DNA of 53,442 nt from Candidatus Falkowbacteria bacterium CG1_02_37_21 (GTDB lineage: Bacteria > Patescibacteriota > Patescibacteriia > Patescibacteriales > UBA12465), in assembly GCA_001871165.1 (NCBI GenBank), contig MNUT01000017.1, forward strand, positions 1 through 53,442, read 5' to 3'. Each line of letters opens with the position of its first letter. Within the stretch, counting starts at the first letter, position 1. The notes beneath the pieces were generated by a model. The model ran no database searches, had not been told where the DNA came from, and worked only from the letters and a program-made list of their open reading frames with translations. A program made the translations under genes and the position numbers. Positions 47,145 through 53,442 of the stretch are shown in pieces.

Positions 47145-48368
47145 TTAAGGAAGATAGAGCTCCGGATTAACTGGTAAGCCATTCAAACGAACTTCAAAGT
47201 GTAAATGCGGTCCAGTAGTAAATGGGCCAGAACCAATACCGCCCGGCATACCGCCGCTACGGCCTATAGCTTGTCCTTGAGTAACATACTGGTCCGCTAA
47301 GATGTACACGGCGGAAACGTGACCGTAAACCGTAGAAAGGCCGTCACCGTGAATTAGCATGATATAAGAATAGCGTGTACTACCATCAAATTTTACCTTA
47401 GCCACATAACCATCAGCGGCGGCAGTGACTGTAGTTCCCTGCTTAGCTCTAATATCTATAGCGGGATGTTCGCCAATTATATTACGATAAGGATAGCCGG
47501 AATCATGAAACGCGGTGGTAATAACATTCTGAGGAACTGGCCAAGCAATGGTATTATTACCATTGTCTAAAAAATTTTTATCTTTTTGCGACATCTTCTG
47601 GCTTAAAATTCGAGCGGTATTAGCAATATCAGTTTCTGCTTGTTGCTGTTCCCTTTTCGCCTGTTGTAAAAGAGACTGATAACGTTCCTCGGAGGATTTA
47701 GTGGTAAGCAATAAATTACTTTTATTAGCTTGATCGTAAGATAAGTCGTCTTTTTTTTGCTGTAATTTATCTTTTAAACCATTGAGATCTTTATTTTTTT
47801 GATCTAAATCTATTTTATTTTGATCTAGTTTATCTTTATCCAGTCTAAGTCTGCCCACGCTACCGGTTATTTCATTATTAGTATCGGATAAATATTTAGC
47901 TTGATTCAAAAATTCGGTTAAGGAATTATTTAAAAGTAAAACTTCTAAAGTGGAAACCTGATCCTGTTCATACATAGAACTTAATAAGTTGGCAATATGT
48001 TGTTTTCTGGTTTCAATAGATTTATCTAAATTATCACTGTCAATTTGTATTTTCTGTAATTCAAGATTAGTTTTATTTATTTCTAAATTAGCCGCGTCAA
48101 TATCGAGTTGAGCTTGCGCTAAGCGATCGTCTAATATAGATAATTGATTACTCAAACTAACCTTATCTTTTCGCTTGGCAGCAATCTGTGCCTCGTATTG
48201 CTGTTGTTGGCTTTGTAAATCCTGCAATTGTTTTTTTTGTTCTTGAATTTTTAAATTTAATTGATTAATTTCATAATCACTACTGACACTTTGACTAAAA
48301 ACAAAATTACCGCCTATCATAAGGCCGCCTAGAACAACTACTAAAGTAATAATTTTAAGAATTTTCAC
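47145..48368 (-). CDS. Coiled-coil plus M23 peptidase (EnvC/CwlO-like murein hydrolase)
   Basis: TM/signal, long coiled coil, intact Zn ligands HPAID, YGH, PHLHFEV. The ATG at 48401 overlaps a TGnTATAAT box, so the GTG at 48368 is preferred. Confidence 0.88.
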   Translation of the reverse strand: MKILKIITLVVVLGGLMIGGNFVFSQSVSSDYEINQLNLKIQEQKKQLQDLQSQQQQYEAQIAAKRKDKVSLSNQLSILDDRLAQAQLDIDAANLEINKTNLELQKIQIDSDNLDKSIETRKQHIANLLSSMYEQDQVSTLEVLLLNNSLTEFLNQAKYLSDTNNEITGSVGRLRLDKDKLDQNKIDLDQKNKDLNGLKDKLQQKKDDLSYDQANKSNLLLTTKSSEERYQSLLQQAKREQQQAETDIANTARILSQKMSQKDKNFLDNGNNTIAWPVPQNVITTAFHDSGYPYRNIIGEHPAIDIRAKQGTTVTAAADGYVAKVKFDGSTRYSYIMLIHGDGLSTVYGHVSAVYILADQYVTQGQAIGRSGGMPGGIGSGPFTTGPHLHFEVRLNGLPVNPELYLP

Positions 48369-48452
48369 TGATATTATTTTATAGTTTTTAAATCTATACA
48401 TTATAGCACATTTTTCAATTTCTGTAAATTTAATTATTTATTTAATATTATT

Positions 48453-49922
48453 TTACTCTAAAGACAAGGCTATTCTTCGTAAGCTTTCTTCCTGCCCTAA
48501 GGCCTCAGCCACCTCAAATGGCCCCGGACTGTTTTTTAAACCGGTTAGAGCGACTCGTAGTGGTCCTAAATATTCACCATTTTTATAATTATGGTCTTTT
48601 ATCCAGGTCAATAAAGTTTTTTCTAAATATTCTTTAGTCCAATCATTAACTTTGATTTTTTTCAACTCCTCTTCCAGCTCTTTCATATTTAAGCGAGTTT
48701 GTTTTAAACTAATTTTTTTCCAACACAACAATTCCGGCTCGTACTTTGGTAATTCAAACAGAAAATCAGTTAAAGGGACTATATCACCTATTTTTTTCAA
48801 ACGATCACTAGCCAGAGCAACAAATTTTAAAAGTTGCGCTTGAGTATTAAATTTTCTACCGACCACTTCTAGATAAGGGCGACATAAATCTGCTAATTCA
48901 GATAAAGGTTTTTTTCTTAAATAATAACCGTTATAGTAATCTAATTTTTCTAAATCAAAAATAGCCGGACTCACCCCCATCCCGGAGACAGAAAAAGACT
49001 TTGCTAATTCTGTTAATGTCCATATTTCTTTATCATCTTTAGAGTGCCAACCTAAAAGAGCGCAGAAATTAATAATAGCTTCCGGGAGATAACCCTGGTC
49101 GCGATAATTTTCTACATAAACATCGCCCTGGCGTTTACTTAACTTACCGCCCCCTTTATTCATGATTAATGGCAGATGAATAAATTTTGGTGGCGTCCAG
49201 CCAAAGGCTTGATATAATAAAATATTTTTAGGAAAAGATGACAGCCATTCATCACCCCGAGTGACATGAGAAATTTCCATTAAATGATCATCAACTATAT
49301 TCGCGAATTGGTAAGTAGGAATGCCATTGGATTTAATTAAGACCTGATCATCTAAATCTTCCGCCCTAAATTTTATATCATCTCGTAGCTCATCGTGAAC
49401 TAATACTTCACCACTTAAAGGCATAGCTTGTCTAATGACAAACTTTTCTCCCCGAGCAACTCGTTTCTTAACTTCTTCCGGGCTTAAAGAGCGACAAAGA
49501 CGATCATAACGTGGCGCCTGTTTATTTTTCTCTTGCTCAGCGCGCATTGCCGTTAGTCTATCTTCCGTACAAAAACAGTGATAAGCGCCTCCCTTCGCTA
49601 ATAATTCCGTGCTTAACTTATCATAAATATTTAGGCGTTCCGTTTGTAGGTAAGGACCATATTTACCGCCGACACCATAACCCTCATCAAATTTTATGCC
49701 CACCCACTGTAAAATTTTTATTAAACTATCTCCCGCTCCCGCTACTTCCCTTTTTTGATCGGTATCTTCTAAGCGTAAAATAAATTTTCCACCTAAGCTT
49801 TTAGCTAAGAGATAACCAAATAAAGCAGTTCGGAGATTTCCGATATGAAGTAAACCGGTGGGAGAGGGGGCAAAACGAAAACGAATTTTATTGCCGCCTA
49901 ATTGATAACCAAAAATTCGCAT
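48453..49922 (-). CDS. gltX: Glutamate--tRNA ligase
   Basis: RFAPSPTG, HIGN, RLEDTD, DDHLM, KLSKR; anticodon-binding domain present. Confidence 0.96.
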   Translation of the reverse strand: MRIFGYQLGGNKIRFRFAPSPTGLLHIGNLRTALFGYLLAKSLGGKFILRLEDTDQKREVAGAGDSLIKILQWVGIKFDEGYGVGGKYGPYLQTERLNIYDKLSTELLAKGGAYHCFCTEDRLTAMRAEQEKNKQAPRYDRLCRSLSPEEVKKRVARGEKFVIRQAMPLSGEVLVHDELRDDIKFRAEDLDDQVLIKSNGIPTYQFANIVDDHLMEISHVTRGDEWLSSFPKNILLYQAFGWTPPKFIHLPLIMNKGGGKLSKRQGDVYVENYRDQGYLPEAIINFCALLGWHSKDDKEIWTLTELAKSFSVSGMGVSPAIFDLEKLDYYNGYYLRKKPLSELADLCRPYLEVVGRKFNTQAQLLKFVALASDRLKKIGDIVPLTDFLFELPKYEPELLCWKKISLKQTRLNMKELEEELKKIKVNDWTKEYLEKTLLTWIKDHNYKNGEYLGPLRVALTGLKNSPGPFEVAEALGQEESLRRIALSLE

Positions 49923-49924
49923 AT

Positions 49925-51142
49925 TTATAAATTTAAAGATTTAAATTTTTCTAAAAAGATTTTAGTATTAGCCTGACGATCCGTGTGTACAGTCTCTACT
50001 AACTTATCTTCATCTACCCATTGCCAATTTGAATGATCCCAAAAATTTATTTTTATCTCATCATCTTGTCCGGTAAACTCTGCAATATATAGACTTTGTT
50101 TTTGCCCTTTATAGTCAAATTTATATTTTTTACCCTCATAAACAGGGCGTTGAATATCTGGACGATAATCACGTCCTTTTCCGGAAAATTCATAGCGTAT
50201 TAAATTTTTAAAGACGCCTTTAACAACAAAGTCCACGGCATGCGTTTCTTCTTCTATCTCCCTAGCGCCGGCAATCTCCGGCGTTTCTCCGTCCAGTCCG
50301 CCTTGCGGTATTTGCCAATGATTAGGCTCACCGTTACGCTCTACTACCAAAATTTTGTTAATTCCCTTCTCTTTTTTATATAACATGCAAGCCACATTGG
50401 GGCGATATAGGTGAGGATTAACAAAGCGGGATATCATGACTTTAGTCAAAAAAATACAAGTGGCGTTGTATATTCTTTTTAGGCGTCGGGGTTGACGAAT
50501 TAAACGCCAAAGCCATTCTATGCCTAACTGACGAAATATTTTAGGGGCTCGCTTAGCTCGTCCCGTAATGTAGTCAAAACTACCACCGACTGCTAAAGCT
50601 AATTTAACCGACGGCCAATTTTTTAAACCATGATAAATATTTTTTTCTTGATAAGGACAACCGAAAGTATTAAAAAGTATAGTTGGAGAAAAGTTATTAA
50701 TTTGTATATTTATTTCAGCTGATAAAGCTTTATCTCTTTCGGCGTCTATTACTAATACGTTTAAAGCGGGATATTGCTTGTTAAGAGAGTCTTTTATATT
50801 TTGAGCGGACGATAAACCGTTTTTCCAATTAAGAATTACGATCTTAATATTTTTCTGACTAGCTACTTCCAAAATTTCTTTTGTTAGATCAGCTCCAGTT
50901 TGACGAAATATCTGCTCGCCGAAAAGCCAAGCAGCAATCTTTAAACCAAAGCCATCGGCTAAAGATAAATCAGCGCGGTTGAGAATATAAAATAATTCCT
51001 CATCTTGATGCGAAGTTAATATAATCTCCGGATTAGGTGTGACAATATAATGTTGTTCGCCGTCTTTAAGAAATTCTATAGATTTTTCCAGAACTTCAGT
51101 CGGCGAGTATTCACCCAGATTTATTCCTAAAATATTAGCCAT
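49925..51142 (-). CDS. WecB/TagA/CpsF glycosyltransferase fused to an RppH-like Nudix hydrolase
   Basis: VTPNPE, ADGFG, GCPYQE, VGGSFD, RAP, EWLWRL..QPRR; then YRPNV, WQIPQGG-x-D-GE-x6-REIEEET, GQKQ; ATG at 51142. Confidence 0.88.
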   Translation of the reverse strand: MANILGINLGEYSPTEVLEKSIEFLKDGEQHYIVTPNPEIILTSHQDEELFYILNRADLSLADGFGLKIAAWLFGEQIFRQTGADLTKEILEVASQKNIKIVILNWKNGLSSAQNIKDSLNKQYPALNVLVIDAERDKALSAEINIQINNFSPTILFNTFGCPYQEKNIYHGLKNWPSVKLALAVGGSFDYITGRAKRAPKIFRQLGIEWLWRLIRQPRRLKRIYNATCIFLTKVMISRFVNPHLYRPNVACMLYKKEKGINKILVVERNGEPNHWQIPQGGLDGETPEIAGAREIEEETHAVDFVVKGVFKNLIRYEFSGKGRDYRPDIQRPVYEGKKYKFDYKGQKQSLYIAEFTGQDDEIKINFWDHSNWQWVDEDKLVETVHTDRQANTKIFLEKFKSLNL

Positions 51143-51222
51143 AAGTTCTAAAGTATATAGCTTAATCTTATTATAAAAAGAGTCTTTCGTCAAAGTTAAG
51201 GCAGTGCCATAAATCTTGTAAT

Positions 51223-51252
51223 AAAAAACCCCATTCTAATAAAAGAATGGGG
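51223..51252 (-). terminator. Terminator of paralog B
   Basis: Minus strand CCCCATTCT-TTTATT-AGAATGGGG-TTTTTT. Confidence 0.85.
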
Positions 51253-51275
51253 ACTTATTGTTGTTAAATGTTTGG

Positions 51276-52097
51276 TTAAAGTGCAGTAAAACTAATCATC
51301 ACTCCGCCCGTCCAACGATTGTCATTATCAATACTGCTAAATTTATATAAGCAGTAAGCAGAAATAAAATCGTCTGTATGGGGCTTATGAAGTGAAAGTT
51401 CAAACCCTGGACCAAGCGTAGTTTGTTTATCTCCTCGACTGAAATTATACAGTCCTATTAACTTAGGACTTAAATATAAAGATCCTACGCCAATATTTAA
51501 TATTGTTAATTTGCCCATGATGGATGCAAATCCTCTGTCCCAGACAGCATCATCTATTCGGGTATTATCCCAAAAAGACGTTTTTTCTCCAGATAGCGGT
51601 ATTTGCATGCCAGCGTTAATCTGAATTTTTGGAAACAAGCCCAGCAAATCTCTTTGCCAGATGTTTAGATCCAAACCGACTTGTAATAGCCAGTCCGTTT
51701 GTTTCCCACTATATAGAGAAACTTGCCCCTGGTCCATATTATATTTGACACCAATATTAGGACTTAGCCAAGTATCAAAATCTTGGCTACCTAGTAAGCT
51801 GTAAGAAAACCAGCCCAGCAAAACACCTGCCCCAATTTCCTTGGCATTTCCATTATAGCCATTAACATTGCTATTATCGGATATACTTCCGGTTATGTAA
51901 GGTCCAAACATAAAACTGCCAGACTTGTACAGAAAATAATTGGCATACATCCCATAATAATTGCTATTATGGATTGCATTATTTTCCCAGCTGCTAAAAG
52001 CTGAGATATTTATTTTTTCCAGGTATTGAGCCTGGATAACAGTAGTGCTCAGCGCAAAAATAACTGAGATTATCGAAAGAAGCATTAGCCTTTTCAT
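51276..52097 (-). CDS. Secreted hypothetical protein, beta-barrel-like (paralog B)
   Basis: Signal peptide ending IQA|Q; amphipathic beta strands; GGAG 6 nt before the ATG at 52097; colinear motifs shared with 46143-46991. Confidence 0.7.
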   Translation of the reverse strand: MKRLMLLSIISVIFALSTTVIQAQYLEKINISAFSSWENNAIHNSNYYGMYANYFLYKSGSFMFGPYITGSISDNSNVNGYNGNAKEIGAGVLLGWFSYSLLGSQDFDTWLSPNIGVKYNMDQGQVSLYSGKQTDWLLQVGLDLNIWQRDLLGLFPKIQINAGMQIPLSGEKTSFWDNTRIDDAVWDRGFASIMGKLTILNIGVGSLYLSPKLIGLYNFSRGDKQTTLGPGFELSLHKPHTDDFISAYCLYKFSSIDNDNRWTGGVMISFTAL

Positions 52098-52199
52098 TAT
52101 GAACTCCATGAGTTATTTATTAAAGAAATTATTTACGAATATTTCTGTTTAAAACCGAAACATTCGTAAATTGCCGAACTGCAAAATTCGGCTAATAAT

Positions 52200-53303
52200 T
52201 TACTTGGTACTAGTTGTTAATAAATTAACAACATTTTTAGTTATATCATCCCAATTATATTCCTTATTTACTCTGATTGCCGCCGAACGACCAAACTTTT
52301 CCGTTTGCTCCGGGTTCGCTAATAAATATTGAAGCTTTTTTTGCAAATCAACACTATCATTAACTCTAAAAGTTAAACCGGTATCAGCAATGCCTTCTAA
52401 ATTCTGTGGGATGTCGCTCACTAAACAAGCTAAACCCCAGCTCATCGCTTCCAGTAGCGCTAAAGACAAGCCTTCATATTCCGAAGGTTGCACAAACAAA
52501 TAGGCGTTAGAGAATAATTCCTGTAACGTTTCACCGTCTTGATTACCGGTCAAAATAATTCTATCGTCATCACATGCTAATTTTTGCAACTCTTGAACAT
52601 ATTTATCAGTATGAGCTGAGCCACCGACAATAACTAATTTTTTAGTAGTATCTGTCTTTTTAAAAGCATTAATCAAGTGATGAACACCTTTGTGACGCAC
52701 TAAACGACCAACGAAAACAATATAATTTCCCTGCTCTAAGCCCCAACGTGTAATATTTTTAACAGGGACTTTTGTCATCACATCAGTTCCTAAAGGAATA
52801 TAAGTCGGAGTGAAACCATATTTCTTTTCTACATATTGAACAAGATCACGAGAAATAACAATTACTTCATTCGCTAAGTGACAGCCAAGATATTCTCCGA
52901 TATGTAGCCAAGCGCGAGCCAGTCTTCCCCACTTGGCATGATAATAATCCTGACAATGGAAAGTAAATGTAATAGGGGTTCCTGGCTTAAAAATTTTTAA
53001 TAACCAAATTAAAGAAGCCGGGCCAATAGATTGTAGATTTATAACATCAACTTTTCTGAAAATTACATCTACAATAGCAAAAAAAGTATTAGTTATCGCC
53101 TCTAAACTGCGAGTATTAATACTGGGAACGGAAATTATTTTAAAACCGCGATATTCTTTTAAGCCTTGGCTATAATATTTACGGGAATATAAAAAAACTT
53201 CATGGCCAGCGCTCGCTAAATGAGCGGCCAAGTTTTCCGCATATCTTTCCACTCCACCATTTCTAGTCGGAGCGCCTTTTTGTCCGATTAATGCTATTTT
53301 CAT
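52200..53303 (-). CDS. Glycosyltransferase family 4
   Basis: GGVERY, FVGRLVRHKG, PSEYEGLSLALLEAM (E-x7-E). Confidence 0.92.
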   Translation of the reverse strand: MKIALIGQKGAPTRNGGVERYAENLAAHLASAGHEVFLYSRKYYSQGLKEYRGFKIISVPSINTRSLEAITNTFFAIVDVIFRKVDVINLQSIGPASLIWLLKIFKPGTPITFTFHCQDYYHAKWGRLARAWLHIGEYLGCHLANEVIVISRDLVQYVEKKYGFTPTYIPLGTDVMTKVPVKNITRWGLEQGNYIVFVGRLVRHKGVHHLINAFKKTDTTKKLVIVGGSAHTDKYVQELQKLACDDDRIILTGNQDGETLQELFSNAYLFVQPSEYEGLSLALLEAMSWGLACLVSDIPQNLEGIADTGLTFRVNDSVDLQKKLQYLLANPEQTEKFGRSAAIRVNKEYNWDDITKNVVNLLTTSTK

Positions 53304-53407
53304 AACTTTTAGTGTTCATAAGATAATATAATATATTAATAGATTTGTCAAGGGAAAATGGTAATGTGCACACACATATTGCACTTTTAGTGGTAATCTA
53401 GGAGCAT

Positions 53408-53442
53408 ATGTCAAAAACTATGCCCAAATCAACTAGAGACGA
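53408..53442 (+). CDS. Possible start of a gene truncated by the window edge
   Basis: GGAG, then ATG MSKTMPKSTRD..., open to the end of the window. Confidence 0.35.
   Translation, partial: MSKTMPKSTRD

Noticed and set aside
5327..49783. Short antisense or nested ORFs in the ORF track (e.g. 5327-5539, 12009-12260, 16602-16844, 32871-33173, 38617-39003, 49511-49783)
   Set aside because: They overlap well-supported genes and have no recognisable motifs; they are shadow ORFs.
4854..51193. Apparent gene overlaps and N-terminal extensions from the longest-ORF starts (sufB 4854, 15999, rpsB 18393, 22531, rplA 24513, 25942, serS 39573, 48401, 51193)
   Set aside because: Downstream starts fit family N-termini, and the upstream codons fall in neighbouring genes, promoters or leaders.

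Overview
Low-GC bacterial chromosomal segment that is mostly housekeeping. Gene content and style suggest Patescibacteria/CPR (Parcubacteria-like); this is an inference from the GRILLQVE-repeat protein, the orphan VirD4/HerA-like ATPase, the FG-GAP glycosidase and the scarcity of Shine-Dalgarno sites. In order: MacB-type permease 3' end, beta-CASP RNase, Zn-dehydrogenase, SpoU, rrf2-sufCBDSU, trxB-nrdB-nrdA, malic enzyme, csp, Fe-SOD, rpsB-tsf, gap, cca, PPIase, RRM protein, secE-nusG-rplK-rplA, rsmI-metG-cvpA-tsaC-ctpA-pyrG, rpmA, a long run from ferredoxin through a VirD4-like ATPase, dnaX and serS to ftsQ, a Xer recombinase, then minus-strand envelope genes and gltX. I saw no rRNA, tRNA or CRISPR array. 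Best leads: (1) a 28-bp dif-like site just upstream of a lone Xer gene, where gene orientation flips; (2) two diverged paralogous signal-peptide proteins that look like beta-barrels, in a lineage thought to lack an outer membrane; (3) a TagA/WecG glycosyltransferase fused to an RppH-like Nudix domain; (4) a class Ic (Mn/Fe, no tyrosyl radical) RNR under tandem NrdR boxes; (5) several cis-regulatory elements (Rrf2 operator, rpsB leader, L1 site, tandem repeats at promoters). All calls were made by eye and no searches were run.
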